This document shows positions 21,001 through 32,543 of a stretch of DNA of 64,000 bases, in pieces. Position 1 is the stretch's first letter, and the number at the start of each line of letters is the position of its first letter. Made by a program: the position numbers and the translations under genes. The stretch lies in the NCBI GenBank assembly GCA_963734495.1, contig CAVTHK010000001.1, positions 192,001 to 256,000 of the forward strand, given 5' to 3'. Source of the DNA: an uncultured Spirochaetota bacterium (lineage in GTDB: Bacteria > Spirochaetota > Spirochaetia > SZUA-6 > CAVTHK01). Below the pieces are notes generated by a model. It was not told the origin of the DNA. It did no database searches and saw nothing but the letters and a program-made list of their open reading frames with translations.

Positions 21001-24000
21001 CGCCTCATCCTGCTGGGCGGGGATGGAAGCGATCGGCTGCGGCTCGCCGACACCGAGAGCGGCAGCGAAAGACAGATCGGCGTTCTCGGGGTCTCTTCGA
21101 TCGCCGGGTTCGGCATGCCCCTGGAGGCCCGTATAGAGCATTACGGTTTCGAGGAGCTGGCGATCGAAGCGCTGGACGACAGCGGATACGACGTCACCAT
21201 CCTCGAAAACGCAATCTCCGCGACGATCACGCTCGGGGCCGGCGACGACACGGTCTCGGTCGGCACGAGCTCGGGGCCGCTGAGCCTGAACCTGGGAGAA
21301 GGCGATGACGAGGTCGATCTCCATGCAGCAGCCGCTCTCCTGAGCATCGACGGAGGCGGCGGGGACGGAGACAGGCTCGTCTTTGACGGGACGGCAAGCG
21401 CATCTCCCCTGAGCGGGACCCTGTCCGACGGTGACGGCCCGCTCGGCCTGCTCGCCATCACCGGCCTCGTATCGGCGGCCTCTTTCCAGGGCATGGAAGA
21501 GGTCGATGTTCGTCTCGGCAGCGGCAGCGACGCGTTCCTCGTCGATCACGCCGGCGCGGGTCCCGTGCTGAACGTCTCCGGATACGGAGGCGACGACAAG
21601 CTCACGATACTCGACTGTGGGCTCGCGGCCGACTTTGTCGGCGGGTCGGGCAACGACACGCTGGAGATCGAGATTCCGGGCGATCCTGTCCTGGAGGATT
21701 TCACCGGCCTCACCTTTGTCACGGAGACGCTGGTCATTGACAACAGCAGCTACGGCTCCGGCGTGGACTGGACGCTGGAAGCCGGCGTCCTGTCCGCGGG
21801 CGGCAACGCCGTGGTCAAGACCGACGGAGCAGACGAGGTCAGGATCATCGGCGGCCTGGGGACCGACACGCTCGCCGTCGTGGAAACGGGCGGGCCGGTG
21901 GACGCGAGCATCAGCGGCAACCGCGTCAAGCTCATTCAGGGCGCGGTGGTCCTGGAGCCCGAGGATTTCGCGCACGACGACAGGCTGACCACCGCCGGCG
22001 GAATCGAGGGATTGGCGGGCCCCGAAGGTCTCGCGGTGGTCCCTGATCCGAACGGCAGCTTCGTGTATGTCCGCGATGCCGACGGCACGCTGAGCGTGTT
22101 CCGCGAAGGGCCGGCGGGCCTCGAGCTCCTCCAGGTGCTGCCGGCTTCGAGCGATGGCCTGGGCGGAGGCGTCGGGAACACGAGCGACCTCGTGGTCACG
22201 CCGGACCTGCGCTTCCTCTACACGAGCACCGGCGCGCTGAGCCAGATCGGTGTGTTCAGCCGCGATGCCGTGACGGGCCTGCTCACCTACGCCGCCACTT
22301 TCAAGGACAGCGAGAACGGGCTCGACGGCCTCGGCGGAGTCTCCGGCCTGGCGATCAGCGGGGACGGGGCCTTTGTCTATAGCGCGGCAACGGGCGAAGG
22401 CGCCGTCGGCGTGTTCGACGTTCTTGCGAACGGCAGCCTCACGCTGCGGCAGGTGCTCTGGGGCCAGGCCGGCGTGGACCGGATCGCGATCGCGGACGAC
22501 GGCTGCAGGGCGTACGCTGCTGCGGGCCACGACGTCATCGCCTATCTGCGTGATACGTCCACGGGGACTCTCACCTGGATGTACCGCATCGGGCCGGACG
22601 GGACCATAGTCAGGGACCTGACGTCTGCCGGGGGCGGGGATGCCGAGCCCAACGACCAGGCAGCATTTGCGCTGGATCTGGAAAGCATCTTTGCATCGGA
22701 TACGTCGTCCTGGTCGCAGAGCTGGAGCGCGTATATTCCCGGGCAGAGATACGCTTCATGGTCCACTACCTTCGCGGCAGAGGCAGGAGCAACCGTACGT
22801 CTGGACAACAGTGTCCGTCTGTCCGCCTACAGCGCGACCGCGACCATGGAGATCCGACTTGCCGGAAAAACGCTTACGTCGCTCATCAATAGCAGCCTGC
22901 TGCAGTACGAGTGTCCGACGTCGGGAACCTACGAGATAGTCCTCATCAACTGGGCTTATTTCATGGGGCCCATGTCGGGCACGCTGACGGCGACGGTCTC
23001 CCCCCTCGCTGCGAGTCGGAGCGCCACGGCAGAGGGCGAGATATCGGGCACGCAGGACGCCGACTTCTACCGATTCCAGGCTTCGCCCGGCGACGTCGTC
23101 ACGCTCACAGCGGATGCCCAGAACGTGACCCTGCCGAACCCTGCCTTGCAGGTCTTCGGGTACGACGAGCTCGACAACACGTGGGTGGAGCTGCCCTTTG
23201 CCCTCGTGAACGGCAGCCTGCGCTACACGGCCATGCCGTATTCGGGCGACTACTACCTGGTCGTCGAAGCGAGCGGCTCGCAGACCGGGACCTATCGGTT
23301 CACTGTTCAGCACAGCTTTCCGGGGATCCGCTCGGAGTCGGAGACCGGCGCGACCAACACGAATGACACGGCGGCGAGGGCCGACGACCTGACCGGGAGC
23401 TTCAGGCCAGGAGCGGGAGACGTCTATACGGCGCTGATAGGCGGCAGCCTGGACCCCGTCGACCTCACTCAGCCTGATCGTAGATCTGACCGCGCTCGGA
23501 CGAACCTCACCGTCGTACCCGGACCCCGTCGCCACCCAGTCGGCCAATCCGCCCTGGGGCGGCATAGCGCAGCTCGGCGTCGACGGCTACGTGCGCGTGT
23601 ACAACCCTCCAGGCAGCTATTTCCCGCGATACAGGGAACCGGGCACGCCGTTCTACCCGGGTCCCGGCTATCTCTACATCCTCGACGGGGTCTATCCCTC
23701 TCTGGAGGCCTTCGCAGTCGCCTCCACCAACTATCCCAATCCCGATCCCAAGTGGCTGCACTACTGGTGGAGCCTCGATCTGACCCCCAACGTGGACGAG
23801 CTCTACCAGATAACGGGCATAGACATCGTCGCTTTCTGCCCGTCAAAGGCGGTCGAGCTGACGGTCCTCGCAGGCGACTACATCTGGCCCAACGGACCGA
23901 ACAGGACATACGGGCAGGGCATTCCTTTCCAGTACGACCCCGGCCAGGACATCTGGCCGATGGAGTACGCCACTTACTCCATCACCATGCCGGCCGGATA

Positions 24001-27000
24001 TCTCACCTTCGGTGACCACGTCTTTATCAGGTCCAGCAACGCGATCTACTACGCATACGCCGACTCCGAGTGGCTGTACATCGGCGAGATGAAGGTATAC
24101 GGGAGGAAGGCAGATCCGGACGTCGACTTCTACAGCTTCGACGCGCAGGCGGGAGACACGCTCGACATCACGATGACCGGCGCGACGCTTGCGGATCCGA
24201 GGATCTGGCTCTACGACGCGCAGGGGAACGAGATCGCCGTGGGCCTCACCGGTTCCCTCTCCCGGCAATTGACCGACGATGGAACTTACTACGTCAAGGC
24301 GGGCGGAACGAGCCGGTACTCGTACGGCAGCTACGGCCTGAACGTGTCGGTCACCAGGGCGGCGCCGGCGGCATCCACCACCATCGACGACCCGCGGGCC
24401 ATGGCGACGATCACGATCGACGCGGCCGGCACGCCCGACTATCTCGACAAGCGATTCCTGTACATCGGCGGCACGACCTTGTCGGGCGAGAACGCCCTGC
24501 AGGTCTTCGACGTATCGGGCGTGCTGCCGCGGCCTCGGCTGCTCCAGACGGTGCAAGGCCTCGGGCAGGTCTACGGGATCTCGACGGGCGGGGCTGAGGA
24601 CGGCCTCGTGTTCGTGGCCCACCGCGGCGCCGGCGGCGAGGGAACGGTGTCGGTGTACCGCAGGCTTGCGGACGGCACCATCACGTGGATGCACAGCCTT
24701 GGCCTCGGCGTCACAGGCACTGCGGAGGCCGTCGCGGACATGGCCCTGGACGTCGAAGGCGACAGGATCTACGTCACCGATGAGAGCGGCCAGGACCTCA
24801 CCGCGCTGCGTTTCGACGGGACGCAGCTTTCCGAGGATTCCACGGCCTGGCACGGACAGCCCCTGGGAGACATCGTTCCGTGGCTGCAGTCCGTTCACGT
24901 GAGCGCGGACGGTCAGTTCGTCTACGGCGTCAACCCCCAGCTCGACGCGCTCCTGGTGCTCCGCTCGGACAGCCTGTCCTTTGCAGCCTGCTACATCGAC
25001 GGGCAGTCCGGAGTCGACGGGCTCGCCGGGGCCGCGGCGGTCGCCCTCAGCCCCGACGGGCTGCGGGTGTACGCGCTCGCTCCGGGCGACAACGCCGTCG
25101 CCGTGTTCGACGTGGTCTACTCGCCCGTGAATACCTGGAGACTGGCGTTCGTCGCCGCGATCCCGCTGGATTCGTCGGGGCTCGGCGATGCGACTGGCGA
25201 TGCGACGGCCCTGGCCGTGGGCACGGACAGTCTCTACGTCGGGTTTGCGGGAGGGATTGCCCGATTCGACTCCGGCTCTTTCCAGCTGCTCGGCTCGGCG
25301 CCGGCTCTCGGCGTGACCTCCCTCGAGGCAAACCCGACGTATCCGGCGCTCTATGCGACTGCCGACGGAGAGCTCCGGCGGTATGCGTCCGATCTCGCCG
25401 GCCTGCCCCAGGTCATCGGCGGCCTCCCCGGCGCCTGCGACATCGCGGTCAGCAGCGACGGCGGCACGATCTACGCAGCAGTGGCAGGCGCGAACGCTAT
25501 CGCCGCGTTCGGCGAATCCGGCGGCGCTTTGTCGAGCACGCCCCTTCAACTGATAAAGGAAGGCCAGAGAGGAGTCCGCGGCCTGGTCGGCGTGAGCGCG
25601 ATAGCCTTGTCACCCGCCGGCGACCTGGTCTTTGCGGTGGGGAGCGCCAGCGACTCCCTGGTCGTGCTCAAGAGAAATCCGGTCACCGGCGAGCTTCTGT
25701 TCGCCCAGGCCTTCAGGAACAGCGGCGAGCTGGGTCTCGAGTCGCCGAACTCCGTTGCTGCTGCGGGCACGCGCGTCTTTGTCGGGTCCTCGGCGGGGCT
25801 GGGCATCCACGGCGGAGGCGTCGCATCCTACAGCCGCGTCGAATCGGGCGACGCCGAGCAGGGGTACACGGTCAGCTTCGTGGACGTCGAGGAGCTGAGC
25901 CTCACCACCGGCCTGCATCAGGACACCGTTCGGGTAACGGACCCGCCCTCCGTGGATCTGCTTTCGATCGATACCGGTGCCGGCGCCGACGTTGTGAATC
26001 TCCAGGGTCTCGGCGCGCGGACGGAGATCCGCACGGGCGACGATGAAGACACAATTCTCGTCGGCTCGATCGACGCCGGGGCCCTGCTGGCCATCGACGC
26101 CGGGGCCGGGGAAGATTCGATTTTCCTCGCCGGCGCCGGCGCGGATGCACAGGTCGAGATTCACGCCGGCCCCGCGAACGACGTGATTCAGATCGCAGGC
26201 GCGGCGCTCCAGAACGGCTCCCCGGTAGAGCTCTTCGGCGACGACGGCGAAGACACGCTGCTCTTCGATCCTTCGGGGCAGCCGGTCGATCCTGCAGCTC
26301 CGTCGACCCCCGATGGCTCCCTCAAGGTGCTCGCCTCGGACGGCGGAGTCGTGGACTACTGGAGCATCGAGAGCGTGCCGGGATTCCAGGCCGCGACCGT
26401 CGAAGCGGGCGGAGACACCGCGCTCTCCGAAGGGCAGGACCTCATCCTCGCCGCGACGGCGACGGCGGCCACAAACACGCAGATCGTGTCCCTGCTCTGG
26501 GACATCAACGGCGACGGGTTCTTTGGTGATGCGCAGGGCGCGACCCCGACGGTGAGCTGGGAGGATCTCGTTGCGCTCGGCATCGGCGACGGGGCAGCGC
26601 AGGAAAAAGGCGGCACGCGCTACGTGGTCAAGCTGCGGGCCTACGACGACGCCGGACGGTTCGCCGAAGACGAAGCGGCGCTTACGATCTTCGATTCGCC
26701 GCCCGCGATCGCGGTCACCGCGCCTGCCACCGTGTCGGTCGGTGAGACCCTGACCATCGGCCTTGCTGCGCGAGATCCCGGCGACGACACCATCGCGCAG
26801 TGGACCGTCGACTGGAGCGACGACCCGCAGGTTCCCGCAATTGAGAGCTTCCCCAGCGATTGCGCTTCGATCGAGCTCGTGTGCCTTCGGACCGGCGTTC
26901 ACACGATCACGCTTGCGGCTTCCGATGAGGACGGGACCTACACGCGGACGATCTCGGTCACGGTCGAAGCCCCGAGACCCGATGCGGGCGGTCCATACAG

Positions 27001-30000
27001 CATTCTCGAAGGACAGAACCTCTCACTTCAGGCGACGGCTCCCGGCGGTCCGGACATGGCGTGGGACCTGGATGGAGACGGGGAGTATGATGACGCGTTC
27101 GGCGCTGGTCCTTTCCTGACGTGGAGCGATCTGGCGAACCTGTCGAATCGCATCGACGACGACGGCTCGTACGTGATTTCCGTGCAGGCTTCGTACCTGG
27201 ACATCTCGGGAGGCGTCGTCCATATGCGCACTGCAGATGCCCAGTTGCTGGTTTCTAATGCGAGCCCAACGGCGGACTTTGCGGGCGCCGGACCCGTGAG
27301 CGAGGGCGGGACAATCACGGTCGTCTTCGGCAATCAGCACGATGCCTCTTCCCGGGACGAGGCGGCCGGTTTTGGATACAGCTATGACCTCGACAACGAC
27401 GGGACCTTCGACATCGTCGACAGCGCCGATCCTTCGGTCTCGTTCACCGCGGCCGACTCCGGCTCCCGGATCGTCCGGGGCCGCATCACCGACAAGGACG
27501 GCGGCTTCTCCGATCACCTGGCAGGCGTAACGGTCTACGAGGTGGCGCCGCTGATCGAGCTCACCGGCTCCGATTCGACAAACGAAGGCTCGCCGTATTC
27601 GCTGGAGGCAACCGTCACCGACCCCGGGAACGACACCATCGTCGAGTGGGTCCTCGACTGGGGCGACGGAAGCGCGAGAGAGACCCTGGACGGCGGGACG
27701 CGGGCCTTTGCCCATGAGTTCGCGGACGACGGTGTCTTCGACGTCACGCTCACGGCCAGGGACGAGGACGGCATCTACATCGCGTCCAGGACGGTCACTG
27801 TAAGCAACGTGGCTCCAGTGCTCCGGATCGCCGGGGTGGCATCCACGGAAGAGGGCAGCACGTACACCCTGTTCCTGGCGTCCGATGACCCCGGCGAGGA
27901 TACCATTCTCGAGTGGACCATCGACTGGGGAGACGGCACGGTCGACACGATTTCGGGAGAGGCTCGAGCGGCCCGGCACGTTTACGCAGACGACTCTGCG
28001 GACGAGCCGTTGGGCGCCTATCGCATAACAGTCACAGCCACGGACGAGGACTCGCCTCCGGGCCAGCCTTACGCGGTCACGCAGGTGGCCGCGCTCACGC
28101 AGCCCCTCTACGCCTGGGACGAGGGCCAGGGGACCGTGCGCCGCTTCTACCTGCTGACCCGCGAGGGTCTCGCCTGGCGCGATGCCCTGCTCGAAGCCGA
28201 GGCCCTGGGCGGGAATCTTGCCGCGATCACGAGCCAGGCCGAACAGGACTTCCTGGACGATGCGTTTGTCCGCGGAGTGTTGTCGCCGCTGCCCCTCTGG
28301 ATCGGGCTCAACGACGCTGACGGCGACGGCGTGCTGGCCTGGGCGAGCGGGGAGAGCCTGCAGTACGCGAACTGGACGATCGGCGGCTGGGACGGCCTGC
28401 CGTACATCGCCCTCGTGCCCCAGGCGGGCGGGGACTTCGCGTCGCGGGTCATCGGGTTCGAGGCGCTTCCCGACAGCGTCAGGGTCTATGAAGAAGGCGG
28501 CCTCCTGCTGGCCACCGACGGGGCCGCGCTCATCGGCGCTGCAGGTCACGGAAGCCGCGCGGTAGCGTCGGCCTCCGCGACCGATGCCTTCACGCTGTCG
28601 CTCTCCGGCGGCGGTGTGTTCGCCGTCCGCTCGCTGGATATCTCTGCGCCCTCTCCCCAGACCCTCCGCTTCGACGGCACGACGCCCGAGGGGACAACGG
28701 TCAGCCTGACCTTCGAGGTCGGCGGCGCGGGGCCGGGGACCTTCGAGACCATCTCTTTCGGTTCCGCCTTCCTTCACCTTGTTTCCTTGACCTGGACGCC
28801 GGGGTCTACGGTCGTCGACAACGTAGAGATCACGGGGACACCGTCGCTGTGGGCCGGGTTCACCGACGAGCAGTGGCGCGGAATCGTCGAGCTCGGCTCG
28901 ATCTCTGGCCTGCCGTTCGTGGCCGCAGGCGTGCTGCCGGTCGTCGTCGAGAACGTGGCGCCGTCGATCCCGATGTCCGGAGCTGCCGCTGTGAGCGAGG
29001 GCGAAATCTACGTCCTTTCTCTCGGCGTTCCGTCGGACCCCGGCGCGGACACCGTGACGCGCTATCTGATTGACTGGGGCGACGCCGAGGAGCTCGTCGA
29101 TGCGCCGGCGCCCGGCGTGGATGGCTTCGTGCCGGCGCTCTCTGTCTCCCACGTGTATTCCGACGGTGAAGCGGCTTACGAGATCAGCGTCACGTTGATA
29201 GACGAGGACGGCAGCTACGAGAGCCCCTCGCGCCTGGCGGTGGTGGTCGAAAACGTGGCTCCGCTTGCGCAGCTTTCCGGCGCCTCGAGCGCGGATGAGG
29301 GCTCGCAGTACACGCTCTCCATCGGAGACCCTTACGATCCGGGCGTCGATACCGTGACCGAGTACGTCGTTCACTGGGGCGACGGCAGCGTTGAGAGCTT
29401 TGCTCAAGCCGGCGAGGTCGACCACGTCTACTATGGCGCCGCAGAGCGCGTGATCACCCTCGACCTGGTGGATGAAGACGGCGTCTACCTGGCTGTCGAT
29501 TCGCTGAGCCTCACCGTCAAGGACGCGCCGCCGAGCATCATTCTTGCCGGAGCGTCGGAGGTCGTCGAAGGGGCCGAGTACGCGCTCGTACTCGGCGAGG
29601 CGACGGATCCCGGACAGCCCGGCGTCGTCGTCGAGGTCGAGGAATACATCGTCCACTGGGGCGATGGCGCAACCGAGAGCTTCACGGAAGCGGGCGCGGT
29701 CCTTCACACGTGGCTCGAAGGCCCGTTCCAGCACGTCATCACGGTGGACCTGGTCGTCGGCGGGACGCTCTACAGCAACGCGGGCAGGCTCGGCATCTCA
29801 GTGAGGAACGCGCCCCCAGTCATCCTCAGTCTGGAAAGCAGCGCTTCCGGCACCAGCACGGCGCTGCCGGTCGAAGACGTCATCGTCACCGGCACATTCG
29901 AAGACCCGGGGATCCTGGACACCCATACGAGCGTCATCGACTGGGGCGACGGCACGGTGGAGCCCGCCGTGGTCACGCAGGGAAGCGGTTCGGGGACGCT

Positions 30001-32479
30001 CACCGGCAGCCACAAGTACACCTACAGCGGGTTCTACGACATCCGGGTGACGGTCACGGATGACGATGGCGCGAGCGACAGCGAGGGAACGCTGGCGATC
30101 ATCAGCGGCGTCGGCATCATCGACGGCGTCCTCTACATCGCCGGCACCCCGGGGGCGGACCACGTCGTTGTCAGCCAACTCTCCTATCCCATTTCGTACT
30201 GGAGCATGAACGAGGGAAGCGGGCACGAGATAGGCGACAGCGCCGGCGAGCCGCAGGACGGGTGGTTGTACAGCCCGTGGCCGGACCGCGACGACGCGGG
30301 GCCGTCGGAGGCGCCGTTCGACGCGCAGACCGGGGTCGACTTCCACCGGGAGCACCGCGAGTACATCGCGGTCGCTCACGATGAGGCCTTCGAGCTGTCG
30401 GAAGGCACGATCCAGTTCTGGTTCAAAAGCGACAAGGGCGGCCGCCAGGCGATGCTTTCCAAGGACGGCTGGGGGACGGGGGCCGGGGGACTGACCATCT
30501 GGCTGGTGGACTCCCGGGTCGAGGTGAGGCTGGAGAGCGAGGACGGCAGCACCACGATCAAGTCGTGCAAGGTGGTGGACCGGAGCGGGTGGAACCACCT
30601 GGCGTTCAGCTTCGGGCCCCAGGGGATGAAGCTGTACGTGAACGGGGAGCTGGTCGGGGAGAACGGGTACCAGGGAGGGCTCGAAGGGAACCGGGAGCCG
30701 CTGGTGCTGGGTGGCTCGATCGCGGGCAACAAGGGCGACAGCGCTGACCTGTCGCGGCTGAAGGTGACGGACTTCTTCGACGGCTCCCTCGACGAGGCGG
30801 CGATCTACGGCGAGCAGCTGGCGGAGGAACAAATCCGGCGGTTGATCACGGACGGGCCTGCACGCGTCGCCAGCGGCCGGGGAACGGTCATCGAAGTCCG
30901 GGCCGATTTCATTGACAACGAAGAGCACACGAAGCGCTTCAACGTCGCGGACATCGAAGCCATAGTGGTCCTCCTCGGGGACGGCGACGACACCGCCGAG
31001 ATCGGGGCAGAGATCACTCTTCCGCTGCGGATGTATGGAGGCAAGGGAGACGATCGGCTGGTCGCGGGCAGCGGCGACTCCGAGCTGTACGGCAACGAGG
31101 GAGATGACCGGATCGCCGGCGGTCCCGGGAACGACACCATCGACGGCGGTGAAGGCGACGACGTCCTGTTGGGCGGAGCCGGCAACGACCGTCTCTACGG
31201 TGGACCGGGAAACGACGTGCTCATCGGCGGGGCCGGGGACGACGTCCTGGACGGCGGCGAAGGGACGGACACGACGTTCGGCGATGCGCTTCTTCCCATT
31301 TCCTGCTGGAGCATGAACGAGGGGAGCGGCCACGAGATCGGCGACAGCGCCGGGCGAGCCGCAGGACGGGTGGCTGTACAGCGCGGTGGCCGGACCGCGA
31401 CGACGCGGGGCCGTCGGAGGCATCGTTCGATGCGCAGACCGGGGTCGACTTCCATCGGGAGCACCGCGAGTACATCGCGGTGGCTCACGACGAGGCCTTC
31501 GAGCTGTCGGAAGGCACGATCCAGTTCTGGTTCAAGACCGACAAGGGCGGCCGCCAGGCGATGCTCTCCAAGGACGGCTGGGGGTACGGGGATGGCCTGA
31601 CCATCTGGCTGGTGGACTCCCGCGTCGAGGTGAGGCTGGAGGGCGAGGACGGGAGCCACACGATCAAGTCGTGCAGGGTGGTGGACCGGCGCGGGTGGAA
31701 CCACCTGGCGTTCAGCTTTGGGCCCCAGGGGATGAAGCTGTACGTGAACGGGGAGCTGGTCGGAGAGAACGCGTACCAGGGAGGGCTCGAGGGGAACCGG
31801 GAGCCGCTGGTGATGGGCGGCTCGATCGCGGGCAACAGGGGCGGCGGCGCCGACCTTTCGCGACTGAAGGTGACTGAGTACTTCGACGGCTCCCTCGACG
31901 AGGCGGCGATCTATGGCGAGCAGATGACGCAGCAGCAGATCCGCCGGCTGATCGCAAGCGGACCTCTCGGGCTCTACGGCCTGCAGGGCTACGGCGGCAA
32001 GATCGCCGACTACCGATTCTCGTTCGAGGACGGCGGGCTCGTGGTCGGCGATCGGCGCGGGTCCGCGGGGGCGGACGGAACCGATACCGTGAGAGGTATC
32101 GAGCAGCTTCTCTTCGCCGACGGCTCAGTGGCCTACGTGCTGGGCGCCGGCAGCAGCAACCAGGCGGCGCTCTCAGCCCAAGAGGTTCTCCTGCTGTCGC
32201 CGTCGCACCGCCTCGTGGTGGTTGGAGAGGCCGGCGAGACCCTCCGCCTCGAAGGTGCCTGGATGAATTGCGGCGGGAGAACGGAAGGCGGCAACAACTT
32301 CTGGAGTTGGAAGCACGAGGATGGGAAGGCCGGACTCCTGGTGCTGGACGGCGTCGTGGTGGAACCGGATGTGCTCATTCCGACCCGGATCCCCCCTGCC
32401 TGCCACCACGGCGGCGCCCGATGTAAGCAGACTCGTCACCCGCCGCGGCACGACACAGCAGGCCGCTGCGCCCGCATGA
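15029..32479 (+). CDS. giant (~5,800 aa) LEPR-XLL-type surface protein/adhesin; frameshifts near 15415, 23464, 31352, 31385 and probably 32395; start 15017 or 15029, end 32426 or 32479
   Basis: Joins tracked ORFs 14981, 15466, 23591 and 31480. LESLEQRLLLS N-terminus; HELGHVAGFEH; GGxGxDxL repeats (~18500-18950, ~31040-31270); lactonase-type propeller blades; DxDFYxF PPC motifs; DWGDG PKD repeats; WIGLND C-type lectin; 2 LamG; C-terminal GTDTVRGIEQLLFADG. Confidence 0.85.
30188..30859 (+). repeat. LamG-coding direct repeat, copy 1
   Basis: ~670 bp, near-identical to 31295-31965; many differences are at third codon positions. Confidence 0.95.
31295..31965 (+). repeat. LamG-coding direct repeat, copy 2
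   Basis: Matches 30188-30859; carries two 1-nt insertions and is one codon shorter. Confidence 0.95.
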
Positions 32480-32543
32480 GCGCCTGCCTGCCTCACGCGA
32501 CGGTGTGGTCCTACGCCGGCAACGCGCCGCGCGCCGCCGGTGC

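Noticed and set aside
30188-31965. Diversity-generating retroelement TR/VR pair
   Set aside because: Mismatches are not adenine-specific, many are synonymous, both copies are coding, and there is no reverse transcriptase in the window.
15029-32479. Inteins, an RTX pore-forming toxin or a polymorphic toxin in the giant protein
   Set aside because: No Hint motifs (C/S start, HN end) at insert borders, no hydrophobic pore domain or acyltransferase gene, no RHS core or immunity gene.
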